From assembly GCA_016199265.1 (NCBI GenBank), contig JACQGX010000063.1, forward strand, positions 1 to 60,682: a DNA stretch of 60,682 bases, given 5' to 3'. Below are positions 1 through 8,026 of the stretch, piece by piece. A model generated the notes under the pieces. The model searched no databases. It was given only the letters and a program-made list of their open reading frames with translations, and had not been told where the DNA came from. The DNA is from Chloroflexota bacterium (GTDB taxonomy: Bacteria > Chloroflexota > UBA11872 > UBA12225). Positions within the stretch are counted from its first letter, which is position 1. Every line of letters begins with the position of its first letter. Position numbers and translations under genes: made by a program.

Positions 1-105
1 CCGCCCTCGGGCAGTCGGCGGTAGGCGACGAGCGTCGGGTCGGTGATTGGGGAGAATTCGTAACAAGGTAGCCGTACGGGAACGTGCGGCAGGAACACCT
101 CCTTT
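1..105 (+). rRNA. rrs: 16S rRNA, 3' end (h44 distal strand, h45, anti-SD); divergent
   Basis: GATTGGGGAGAATTCGTAACAAGGTAGCCGTACGGGAACGTGCGGCAGGAACACCTCCTTT matches the universal 16S 3' terminus with several substitutions; the h45 stem with GGAA loop and the anti-SD CCTCC are intact. Confidence 0.93.
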
Positions 106-393
106 CTAGGGAGCACGAGGACCGTCCCCGCGCTCACGCGACCACCGGTTGGTGGCCGGGTGCCGGCGCGGGTGGCGTCCCGCTTCCAGGTCGATCCCCG
201 TAAGTGGCGTGGGAGACGCCCGCGGTGGTAAACCACTGCGGGCGGGCCACGAGGCTTACGGGGGCATCTGGTGGCAGATCCACACACGCGGACGCTCAAC
301 AGGAGTCGATGGCGCAGTCGGCAGTCGCGGGAGGGCGCTCTCGCGCCGGTGCCTATGCCTTTCTTCCACTCTTCAGCGGTTAAGGTTCCCGCC

Positions 394-424
394 GACGGCG
401 TTGCGACTCGCAACGCCGTTTTTT
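394..424 (+). terminator. Rho-independent terminator after the 16S trailer
   Basis: GACGGCGTTGCGA-C-TCGCAACGCCGTT hairpin running into a T tract. Confidence 0.85.
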
Positions 425-500
425 GTGGGCGCGATCGATCGCGACCGGTCGTCGTCGAATGTCAGGCGCCGGAGCTGCACGAGCCCATGTGCGACCGCGC

Positions 501-506
501 TATAGT
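501..506 (+). promoter_or_regulatory. -10 box for rnpB
   Basis: TATAGT just upstream of the P1 helix start; no convincing -35. Confidence 0.55.
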
Positions 507-510
507 TTGA

Positions 511-863
511 GTGTCAAGTAGATCGGGCAATCGCGCGGCCGGCGGTGCCGTCCGGTGTCGACACACCGGGCGGCACAGCCGGAGCGAGGAAAGTCCGCAC
601 TCCACAGAGCAGGGTAGCGGGTAACACCCGTCCGCCGTGAGGCGAGGACGAGTGGCACAGAGACGATAGCCCGGTGGCACATCCCTCGCGGGGTGATGCC
701 ACTAGGGAGTGAAAAGAGTCAAACTCTACCCGGAGCAAGTCCAAGTTGGGGCGTCGACGCTGCTCGCCGAGTCCCAGGTAGGACGCGAAGAGCCGCGGGG
801 CAACCCGCGGCCAAGAGGGATGATTGCCCTCGACAGAATGCGGCTTATAGATCTGCTTGGCAC
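511..863 (+). ncRNA. rnpB: RNase P RNA (bacterial, apparently lacking P13/P14)
   Basis: CR-I GAGGAAAGTCC, CR-V ACAGAATGCGGCTTA, P1 GTGTCAAGTAGATC/GATCTGCTTGGCAC, P2 GGGCAATC/GATTGCCC. Confidence 0.97.
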
Positions 864-870
864 CGGTATA

Positions 871-958
871 CTAAACCAAGTGCAAAATGAAAAGTGCAAA
901 GTGCAAAATGCAAAGTGAGGAGGCCTGCGGGTTCCACCGTGGCTTTCCTGTAGGTTAG
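871..958 (+). mobile_element. MITE-like dispersed unit, copy 1 (contains AAAGTGC heptamer array)
   Basis: CTAAACCAAGTGCAAA...GCAAAGTGAGGAGGCCTGCGGGTTCCACCGTGGCTTT is shared with the reverse complement of 45820-45881. Confidence 0.65.
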
Positions 959-1022
959 GTATGGACGATCTGAGTGCGCGGCGAATACAGGCCAGCGCAG
1001 TCGGTCGTCCGTCGTGAACCGC

Positions 1023-1098
1023 GCCGCCATCGTCTAGAGGCCTAGGACATCACCCTTTCAAGGTGAAGATCGCGGGTTCGAATCCCGCTGGCGGTACC
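1023..1098 (+). tRNA. tRNA-Glu(TTC)
   Basis: Acceptor GCCGCCA/TGGCGGT, anticodon arm TCACC-CTTTCAA-GGTGA, T loop GGTTCGAATCC; ends in ACC with the CCA not fully encoded. Confidence 0.96.
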
Positions 1099-1106
1099 TC
1101 TACACC

Positions 1107-1202
1107 TGAAGCGTGAAACGTGAACTTGGGTGCAGCATGCTGCGGTAACGGGGCACGTTGAGAGTGACGCACCGCCCCGCGGCTCACGCTTCACGTTTCA
1201 CG
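1107..1202. repeat. Inverted pair of heptamer arrays (CGTGAAA / TTTCACG)
   Basis: GAAGCGTGAAACGTGAAC ... CTCACGCTTCACGTTTCACG between the tRNA and ispG. Confidence 0.7.
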
Positions 1203-1207
1203 ATTTC

Positions 1208-3475
1208 ATGACCGGCACCGTTAGCACACCGTTTGAGCGTCTGGCACGCACCGGCTACCTACCGCCGCGGTACGTGCCGGATTCCTATCGCTATCACCGG
1301 CGCCGGACGCGCGCGGTGTACGTCGGCGACGTGGGAATCGGGGGGACCAATCCGATTCGCGTGCAGTCGATGACGACGACCGACACGATGGACACCGACG
1401 GCACCGTCGCGGAGACGGTGCGGTTGGTGGAGGCCGGCTGTGAGATCGTGCGCATCACCGCGCCGACCGTCGAGGACGCGCGCAACATCGGCGTGATTCG
1501 CCGGGCGCTGGCGAGCAAGGGCATCCGCGTACCGCTGGTGGCAGACATCCACTTCAGCCCGGCGGCGGCGATGGAGGCGGCCGACCACGTCGAGAAGGTG
1601 CGCATCAACCCCGGCAACTTCGCCGACAGCAAGCGCTTTGCGGTGCGCGAGTACACCGACGCCGAATACGAGGCCGAACTCGCGCGCATCGAGGAGCGGT
1701 TTGCGCCGCTCGTCGAGAAGTGCAAGGCGCGCGGCATCGCGATGCGCATCGGGACCAATCATGGCTCGCTCTCCGACCGGATCATGAACCGCTTCGGCGA
1801 TACGCCGCTGGGAATGGTCGAATCGGCGCTCGAGTTCGCGCGGATCTGCGCCACGTACGACTACCACGACGTCGTCTTCTCGATGAAGGCGTCGAACCCC
1901 AAGGTGATGATCCAGGCGTACCGTCTGCTGGCGGCGCGCCTCGACGCGCTGGGGCTCGACTATCCGTTCCACCTCGGCGTCACCGAGGCCGGCAACGGCG
2001 AGGACGGCCGGATCAAGAGCGCGATCGGCATCGGCGGCCTGCTCGAGGACGGCATCGGCGACACGATCCGCGTCTCACTGACCGAAGATCCGGAGCGCGA
2101 GGTGCCGGTAGCGTTTGCGCTGGCAAGACCCTACCAGGGGGCCGGAGAAGACTCCCTCTTCCTTTGGGAGAGGGTTGGGGTGAGGGCTCGACTTCGCCCA
2201 CTTCCCCACTCGCCATCTCGACGGTACGGCGAGGGAACCCACGCGGAGCTGCCCGATCTCCGCAACCCCTATGAGTACACGCGGCGGGCGGCGGAGACGG
2301 TGGCGATCGGCGGCGTTGCGGCCGGCGGGGGGCAGCCGGTGCGCGTCTTTCTGCCGTTCCCCGGTGGCTTGGCGAACGTGCACCACGCGGTCGAGCGCGC
2401 GCTGGCGCTAGCGGCCGCCGATGGCATCGTCGAGCGGCGGCCCGACGTGCTTTCGGTGCTGGTGGCAAGTGAGGCGGATGCGGCGGCGCTGCACGCGATG
2501 CGCGCAGCGCTCGATAGGCTGGCAGCGCAGACGCCAGAGACATCACTGCCCATCGCCGCGTGCGTGCCGCCCGATTTTCCCCAGCTCACGCAGGTAGTCC
2601 AGGATGCCGATCTCGTTTCGTTGAGCACCGGCGAGCGCATCGCCGCCGAGACGTTGCGTGCGGCGCTCGAGACGGTGACCAAGCGGCGCCGGCCGGTCAT
2701 GCTGGAGGCGGTCCCGCGCGCGGGAGAGGTCGATACGGCTGTCGCCGCGGCGGAAGCCGTCGAGCGTGTGTTGCAGGCAGGCGTGCTCGCGCGGGAGGCC
2801 GGTAGTCGGAACGTGATCTTTTCGGTCTGCGCGCGAGAGGTGGGCGTGGCCGTGCGGACGTATCGCCGGCTCGAGTCGCGCTTGACGGAGCAGGGCGACG
2901 CATCGCCGATCCATCTGCTGGCGTGGCCTGCGGGCGACGCCGGCGAGGTGCTGTTGCGCAGCGCGGCGCTACTCGGGGCGCTGCTTTGTGACGGAATCGG
3001 CGATTCGGTCCAGATTCTGGGAGCAACACGCGGGCTCGACGACCAGCGGCGCGCGCACCTGGCGTACAACATCCTGCAGGGCGCCGGCGTGCGGCTCTCG
3101 AAGACCGAATTCGTCGCGTGCCCATCGTGTGGCCGCACGCTGTTTAATCTCCAAGCAACGACCGAGCGCATCCAGCGCAAGACGGGGCATCTGCGCGGCG
3201 TGAAGATCGCCATCATGGGCTGCATCGTCAACGGGCCGGGGGAGATGGCCGACGCCGACTTCGGCTACGTCGGCGGCGCACCCGGAAAAGTGAACCTCTA
3301 CGCCGGCAAGGAGTGCGTCGAAAAGGGCGTGCCGGCGGCGATTGCCGACGAACGGCTGATCGAGCTCATTCGCTCGCGCGGCCAATGGGTCGATCCACCG
3401 GACCAGCCGGACCAACCGGTCCAGCCGTCTGACGCGGTTGAGTGGCCGAGGTTGGTGGCAAGCGGCCAGGCGTAG
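1208..3475 (+). CDS. ispG: 4-hydroxy-3-methylbut-2-en-1-yl diphosphate synthase, long three-domain form
   Basis: VQSMTTT, PLVADIHF, RINPGN, RIGTNHGSLS, HLGVTEAG, GIGDTIRVSLT, CPSCGRT and MGCIVNGPGE motifs; extra A* domain; ATG at 1208 preferred. Confidence 0.96.
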   Translation: MTGTVSTPFERLARTGYLPPRYVPDSYRYHRRRTRAVYVGDVGIGGTNPIRVQSMTTTDTMDTDGTVAETVRLVEAGCEIVRITAPTVEDARNIGVIRRALASKGIRVPLVADIHFSPAAAMEAADHVEKVRINPGNFADSKRFAVREYTDAEYEAELARIEERFAPLVEKCKARGIAMRIGTNHGSLSDRIMNRFGDTPLGMVESALEFARICATYDYHDVVFSMKASNPKVMIQAYRLLAARLDALGLDYPFHLGVTEAGNGEDGRIKSAIGIGGLLEDGIGDTIRVSLTEDPEREVPVAFALARPYQGAGEDSLFLWERVGVRARLRPLPHSPSRRYGEGTHAELPDLRNPYEYTRRAAETVAIGGVAAGGGQPVRVFLPFPGGLANVHHAVERALALAAADGIVERRPDVLSVLVASEADAAALHAMRAALDRLAAQTPETSLPIAACVPPDFPQLTQVVQDADLVSLSTGERIAAETLRAALETVTKRRRPVMLEAVPRAGEVDTAVAAAEAVERVLQAGVLAREAGSRNVIFSVCAREVGVAVRTYRRLESRLTEQGDASPIHLLAWPAGDAGEVLLRSAALLGALLCDGIGDSVQILGATRGLDDQRRAHLAYNILQGAGVRLSKTEFVACPSCGRTLFNLQATTERIQRKTGHLRGVKIAIMGCIVNGPGEMADADFGYVGGAPGKVNLYAGKECVEKGVPAAIADERLIELIRSRGQWVDPPDQPDQPVQPSDAVEWPRLVASGQA
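2152..2238. repeat. REP-like family A palindrome, in-frame within ispG
   Basis: CTCCCTCTTCCTTTGGGAGAGGGTTGGGGTGAGGG plus a degenerate partner; reads SLFLWERVGVRARLRPLPHSPSRRYGEG. Confidence 0.8.
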
Positions 3476-3508
3476 CGGTACGCCTCGCATTCGTTCGTCG
3501 CGCGGCAT

Positions 3509-3517
3509 TGCTATACT
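3509..3517 (+). promoter_or_regulatory. Extended -10 promoter (TGnTATACT) for the response regulator
   Basis: TGCTATACT about 140 bp upstream of the CDS. Confidence 0.5.
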
Positions 3518-3657
3518 CCCGCTCAGGTTGTCAGTATTTAGCGGCATGTGGCGGGGTACCGCTGAACGGCAAGGCCAGTCGCCGGGGCCAAACCCGGACG
3601 ACGGCCACGGCTGCCGGCCGCGGCTGTTGGCCGCGGCAGACCGCAGTCGATCGACCA

Positions 3658-4389
3658 ATGACTGACTCGGGGGCAAACGGCAACATGAAGCAAACGCAAG
3701 TAATGCTGGTGGACGATCAGCGACTTTTCCGGCGTGGCGTGCTCGCCACGCTGCAGGCTGTCCCAGAGATCGAGGTCATCGGTGATATTGAGAACGACGA
3801 CGATGCGGTACAGCGCGTCGTCGCGACGAAGCCTGACGTGGTCGTGCTGGGGGAGCTCAGCGGTGGCTGGGATGTGTTTGCCGCTGCCCTACGGCGGCAC
3901 CTGCCAATGGTCGGGCTGGTTGTCCTGCTCGACCGCGTTGCCGAGGAGGACTTGTTCTATGCGCTCAAGGCGGGCGCCTGCGCCTGCCGGCCGCGCACGA
4001 TCGACCGCGATACGCTGGTGGGGGTGGTGCAGCAAGCGGCCCGTGGCGAGTGCCGCATACTGATGAGTGATGTCACAACTTCTGAGCCGTCGCGACGTAT
4101 CATGGCGCAGGAAGGCATGAGCCGGGATCAGCTCCCCTCCGAGGTGCCGAACCCGTGTCCGCTTTCCGACCGCGAGATGGAAATCCTGGCCGGCGTTGCG
4201 GAAGGGTGTTCAAACAAGGAGATCGGCCGCCGCTGCGGTATCTCCGACCAGACGGTCAAGAACCACCTGACGACGGTGCTGCGTAAGCTGAGCGTCACCG
4301 ACCGCACGGAGGCGGTGGTCATTGCGCTGCGCAACCGCTGGCTCAAGCTGGAGTCGATCAAAGTCGGCAGCCGCGCGGCCGCGGCGTGA
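3658..4389 (+). CDS. NarL/LuxR-family response regulator with atypical receiver
   Basis: VMLVDD receiver start; C-terminal HTH LSDREMEIL...SNKEIG...ISDQTVKNH...LSVTDRTEAV; start may be 3685. Confidence 0.9.
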   Translation: MTDSGANGNMKQTQVMLVDDQRLFRRGVLATLQAVPEIEVIGDIENDDDAVQRVVATKPDVVVLGELSGGWDVFAAALRRHLPMVGLVVLLDRVAEEDLFYALKAGACACRPRTIDRDTLVGVVQQAARGECRILMSDVTTSEPSRRIMAQEGMSRDQLPSEVPNPCPLSDREMEILAGVAEGCSNKEIGRRCGISDQTVKNHLTTVLRKLSVTDRTEAVVIALRNRWLKLESIKVGSRAAAA

Positions 4390-4397
4390 GTCTGCGC

Positions 4398-4460
4398 GAC
4401 GAAGGGCGAACGACGAGCTTCGTCGTCCATCCTTCGTCGTTCGCCCTTCGTCGTTCGTCT
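4398..4460. repeat. Heptamer hairpin array (CGACGAA / TTCGTCG)
   Basis: Between convergent genes. Confidence 0.65.
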
Positions 4461-4616
4461 TCAGCTCGGCACGCGCGTGAAGGCAAACGGCGCGATGAGA
4501 ATAAACAGCAGCATGAAGATCACGCCGACGACAATGCCGGCGACGACGAGGACGATGGCGACGGTACGGGCGGACATTCGCTCGCGCCCGCCCGGCCGGT
4601 TGTACCAATCCCACAT
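4461..4616 (-). CDS. Small single-pass membrane protein (51 aa, absent from the ORF track)
   Basis: MWDWYNRPGGRERMSARTVAIVLVVAGIVVGVIFMLLFILIAPFAFTRVPS; GC3-rich codons and a long hydrophobic helix. Confidence 0.65.
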   Translation of the reverse strand: MWDWYNRPGGRERMSARTVAIVLVVAGIVVGVIFMLLFILIAPFAFTRVPS

Positions 4617-4717
4617 CGCTAGTTAGTGTACCGGAGCGGCGTCGTTCGGTCGCGTCGCCCCCGCCGAGACTTGCGATAACCTTGCTTCGTCTATGATTCA
4701 GACGGTGTGGCCCGCCC

Positions 4718-4746
4718 TCGCCCTTCGACGGACTCAGGGCGAACGG
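4718..4746. repeat. REP-like family B (CCCTTCGACnnnCTCAGGGCGAACGG)
   Basis: Matches copies at ~13548, 38281, 41331 and 42740. Confidence 0.75.
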
Positions 4747-4799
4747 AGGACAGACCGGAACGTCTGGTTGCGCCCACCGGTGGACGAAGCGATGGCGCG

Positions 4800-6044
4800 A
4801 TGATTGACCTGCTCCCATTCCTGCAGTTGGGCCCGGTCACGATGAGCGTGAGCGAGGCGACGGCCCACGTGAAGAGCCTGCTCGAAGACGATACGACGCT
4901 GGCCGACCTGTGGGTACGCGGCGAGATTGCCGACGCGCGCACCTACGCCTCGGGCCATACCTACTTTACGCTGCGCGACGGCAGCAGCCAACTCAAGTGC
5001 GTGCTCTTCCGGCAACGGTCGCGCGGTCTCGAGCCGCTCGAGAACGGGCGCCAATACGTCGTGCGTGGGGGCATCTCGGTTTACGAATCGGCCGGGGCAT
5101 ACCAGCTCTACGTCACCGACCACCGGCGCGTGGGCATCGGCGAGCTCTACCAGCAGTTCGAAGCGCTCAAGCGGCGCCTAGAGGCAGAAGGGCTGTTCGC
5201 GCCGGAGCGCAAACGAGCGCTGCCTCGCTGGCCGCGGCGCATCGGCATCGCCACGTCGGCGCAGGGAGCGGTACTACACGACCTACGGAACGTGATCGGG
5301 CGCCGCTATCCGCTGGCCGAGCTGGTGCTCGCGCCGTGCCAGGTACAGGGCGCCGATGCGGTGCGCACCGTGGTCGCCAGCCTGCGTGCGCTCGGCGGTG
5401 CGGGAGTCGACGTCATCGTCATCGCGCGCGGCGGCGGCTCGCTCGAAGACCTATGGGCGTTCAACGAGGAGGCGGTGGTGTGGGCGATCGCCGCCGCGCG
5501 CGTACCGGTGGTGAGTGCGATCGGGCACGAGACCGACTTCACACTGGCGGATTTCGCCGCCGACGTGCGCGCGCCGACGCCGTCGGCCGCGGGCGAATTG
5601 GTCGCGCCCGATGCGGCGGCGGTGATGCGGCTCGTCGAGGCGCTCGTCGAGCGGGGCGAGCGCGCGGTGAAGGCACAACTGTGGGTAGCGTCGAACGATC
5701 TGGAGGCGCTCGAGCGGCGGTTGCGGCGCGCGCTGGCCGCGCGGCTCGAGCGGGCGCAAGCTCGCCTCGCGGCGGCCGACGCCCGGCTACAGGCACTCAG
5801 CCCGCTGGCGGTGCTGGCGCGCGGCTACGCCGTGGTCTGCGATCCCACGACGCGGATGGTGATCCGGAGCACGCGGCAGGTCACAGGCGGCCAGGCGATC
5901 GACGTGCTGCTGGCCGACGGCCGGCTGTCGGCGCGCGTCGACGGGATCGGCGATGGCAGCGCTGAACGACGTGCCGGCGGAAGTGAGCAAAGCGCCCGGA
6001 GCGGCCAGAGCGCGCGCGCGAGGAAGGAGACGGGGCATGTCTAA
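4800..6044 (+). CDS. xseA: Exodeoxyribonuclease VII large subunit
   Basis: SGHTYFTLRD, ARGGGSLEDLWAFNEE, SAIGHETD, RAPTPSAA, LSPLAVLARGY. Confidence 0.96.
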   Translation: MIDLLPFLQLGPVTMSVSEATAHVKSLLEDDTTLADLWVRGEIADARTYASGHTYFTLRDGSSQLKCVLFRQRSRGLEPLENGRQYVVRGGISVYESAGAYQLYVTDHRRVGIGELYQQFEALKRRLEAEGLFAPERKRALPRWPRRIGIATSAQGAVLHDLRNVIGRRYPLAELVLAPCQVQGADAVRTVVASLRALGGAGVDVIVIARGGGSLEDLWAFNEEAVVWAIAAARVPVVSAIGHETDFTLADFAADVRAPTPSAAGELVAPDAAAVMRLVEALVERGERAVKAQLWVASNDLEALERRLRRALAARLERAQARLAAADARLQALSPLAVLARGYAVVCDPTTRMVIRSTRQVTGGQAIDVLLADGRLSARVDGIGDGSAERRAGGSEQSARSGQSARARKETGHV

Positions 6045-6273
6045 CACGTCCGGCACGTTCGAAACGGGCACGCCGACATTCGGCGAAGCGATCGATCAAC
6101 TGGAGGCCATCGTGGCGCAACTCGAGGGTGACGAGACGCTTGGCCTGGAGACATCGCTCGCGCTCTTCGAGCGGGGGCTGGGGCTGGCGCACCGGTGTCG
6201 GGAGCAGCTCGCGGCCGCGCAACTCCGGTTGACGCAGATCGCGGTGGCACCGGCGGCTGAGAGCGACGAGTGA
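6037..6273 (+). CDS. xseB: Exodeoxyribonuclease VII small subunit
   Basis: TFGEAIDQLEAIVAQLE...LETSLALFERG; overlaps the end of xseA. Confidence 0.93.
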   Translation: MSNTSGTFETGTPTFGEAIDQLEAIVAQLEGDETLGLETSLALFERGLGLAHRCREQLAAAQLRLTQIAVAPAAESDE

Positions 6274-6357
6274 AGAGCGACGAGCGGCGAGCGACGAGCG
6301 GGGCATGAGGAGGCACCTTCTCATGCCCCGTCCTCCATCATGTTTCCCTGACGAAGA

Positions 6358-7284
6358 ATGAGTGAGCTGATCGAGCGGGCGTGGAACGCGTATCTCGCCG
6401 GGCAGGTGGGCGAGTTGCTGGCGAGGCTGGGGTTTGCCATCGTAGCGGCACTCGCCATGTTCGTCGCGGCCCGAATGGCGCTCGGGGCGACACGGCAGGC
6501 GCTGGCGCGTACGCGGTCCAACGACAACGTCCGGCTGCTGATCAGCCGGATTATCCAGTTCGCCTTTCTCCTGTTGGCGGCGATCTGGATTCTGTCGATC
6601 CTCGGGATTGCGCCGACGGCGGTGGTCACGGTATTGGGCGTCGCCGGCCTGGCGGTAAGCCTGGCACTCCAAGACGTCCTGAGGAATCTGGTCGCCGGAC
6701 TGTACATCCTGATCGAGCGGCCGTTTTCGATCGGCGAGCACATCGAGTTTCGGACGTTCTCCGGCGTGGTGGAGAGCATCGAGCTGCGCACGACGGCGCT
6801 GCGCACCGTCGCCGGCCAGCGGGTAGTCATCCCCAACGCGATGCTGTTCGCCGAGACGCTCGTCAACCGCAGCACGTACGGCCGCCAGTTGGTGAAAGTG
6901 CGCATCGCTATCCCGCTCAAACGGGAGACCGGCAAGGACAAGCCGGTCGAGGCCCACGAGGCCGTCGCAGAACCTGCGCGCACGAGAGCAGACGCCGGAG
7001 GCAGAACCCCGGGCACCGCGCCAAGCGCCACTCCGGGCGCGACGAATGAGACTGTTGGGCAGGCGCTCGAGCGGCAGCTCGTGGCCGACGTGCTGAGCGC
7101 GGTACGCGCGGTCGATGGGGCGATCGAGGCGCCGCCGGCGACGGTGGCGGTCGAGGCGATGACGAACGAGAAGCTGACGCTCCGCGCCGAGCTGTGGGCG
7201 CGCGACGCGCGCGAGGCCGCGCCGGAGGTGGCGTGGGAAGTGCGCGGGCGCATTCCGCGGGCAGATATTACGATTCTGGAGTGA
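6358..7284 (+). CDS. Small-conductance mechanosensitive channel (MscS family)
   Basis: Three TM helices, GLAVSLALQDVLRNLVAG, RPFSIGE, VVIPN. Confidence 0.92.
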   Translation: MSELIERAWNAYLAGQVGELLARLGFAIVAALAMFVAARMALGATRQALARTRSNDNVRLLISRIIQFAFLLLAAIWILSILGIAPTAVVTVLGVAGLAVSLALQDVLRNLVAGLYILIERPFSIGEHIEFRTFSGVVESIELRTTALRTVAGQRVVIPNAMLFAETLVNRSTYGRQLVKVRIAIPLKRETGKDKPVEAHEAVAEPARTRADAGGRTPGTAPSATPGATNETVGQALERQLVADVLSAVRAVDGAIEAPPATVAVEAMTNEKLTLRAELWARDAREAAPEVAWEVRGRIPRADITILE

Positions 7285-7892
7285 GCACGCTCCGCCGCCT
7301 TGGCGTGTTGGGTGGCACGTTCGATCCCATTCACCACGCGCACCTGTTCGCCGCCGAAGCGGCCGCGGCCGCGTACCGCCTCGACAAGGTGCTGCTCGTG
7401 CCGGCGGGTCACTCGCCGCTCAAGGCGACCGCACCGGCGCCGGCCTATCATCGCGCGGCGATGGCCCGCCGCGCGGCCGCCGACAACCCGCTGCTGGAGG
7501 TAGACACGGTTGACGTCGACCGGCCGCCGCCGTCGTACAGCGTCGACACGATCGCGTTGCTGGTGGAGCGGTACTCCAGCGCGGCACTCTATCTGATCCT
7601 TGGCGTCGATGCGCTGCAAGATCTACTCGAGTGGCGCGAGCCGGAGCGGCTGCTTGACTTGTGCCGCCTGGTGGTTGTTTCCCGGCCCGGCCGCCCGCTC
7701 GCGATCCCGGCGCACATCGCGGCCGGTCTCGGCAAGCGGGCGGCACATATTCTGCTGCTGCGTATCCCAGACCTGGATATCTCCTCAACCGACTTGCGGC
7801 GGCGGTTCCGCGAAGGAGAGCCGGTGCGATATCTACTGCCGAGGTCGGTAGAGGAGTACGTGCGAAGCCATCGACTGTACGACAGCAGTTAG
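7281..7892 (+). CDS. nadD: Nicotinate-nucleotide adenylyltransferase
   Basis: GVLGGTFDPIHHAH, PSYSVDT, ILGVD, DISSTDLR; GTG start overlaps the mscS stop. Confidence 0.95.
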   Translation: MSTLRRLGVLGGTFDPIHHAHLFAAEAAAAAYRLDKVLLVPAGHSPLKATAPAPAYHRAAMARRAAADNPLLEVDTVDVDRPPPSYSVDTIALLVERYSSAALYLILGVDALQDLLEWREPERLLDLCRLVVVSRPGRPLAIPAHIAAGLGKRAAHILLLRIPDLDISSTDLRRRFREGEPVRYLLPRSVEEYVRSHRLYDSS

Positions 7893-7988
7893 CTTTCAGC
7901 CGTCAGCACTCAGTCGTCAGCACTCAGCCTGCGCCGAGGTGGAGGCTGCCGACCGCTGAGAGCCGACCGCTGAGAGCCGACCGCTGAC
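7890..7988. repeat. Inverted heptamer arrays (TCAGCnn / nnGCTGA)
   Basis: Begins at the nadD stop codon; forms a long imperfect hairpin. Confidence 0.75.
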
Positions 7989-7992
7989 CCGA

Positions 7993-8001
7993 TGCTATAC
8001 T
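7993..8001 (+). promoter_or_regulatory. Extended -10 promoter for rsfS
   Basis: TGCTATACT 25 bp before the ATG. Confidence 0.6.
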
Positions 8002-8026
8002 GAGGCCGAGAATTACGAGAAGCATT

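Noticed and set aside
91-105. GGAACACCTCC as a novelty on its own
   Set aside because: This variant of GGATCACCTCC is known in Bacteroidota 16S genes; it matters here only together with the other substitutions.
149-918. ORFs over the 16S trailer and rnpB
   Set aside because: They overlap structured RNA and show no recognisable protein motifs.
1023-1098. tRNA-Glu as the attachment site of an integrated island
   Set aside because: No duplicated tRNA 3' end and no integrase were found in the window; the downstream genes are housekeeping.
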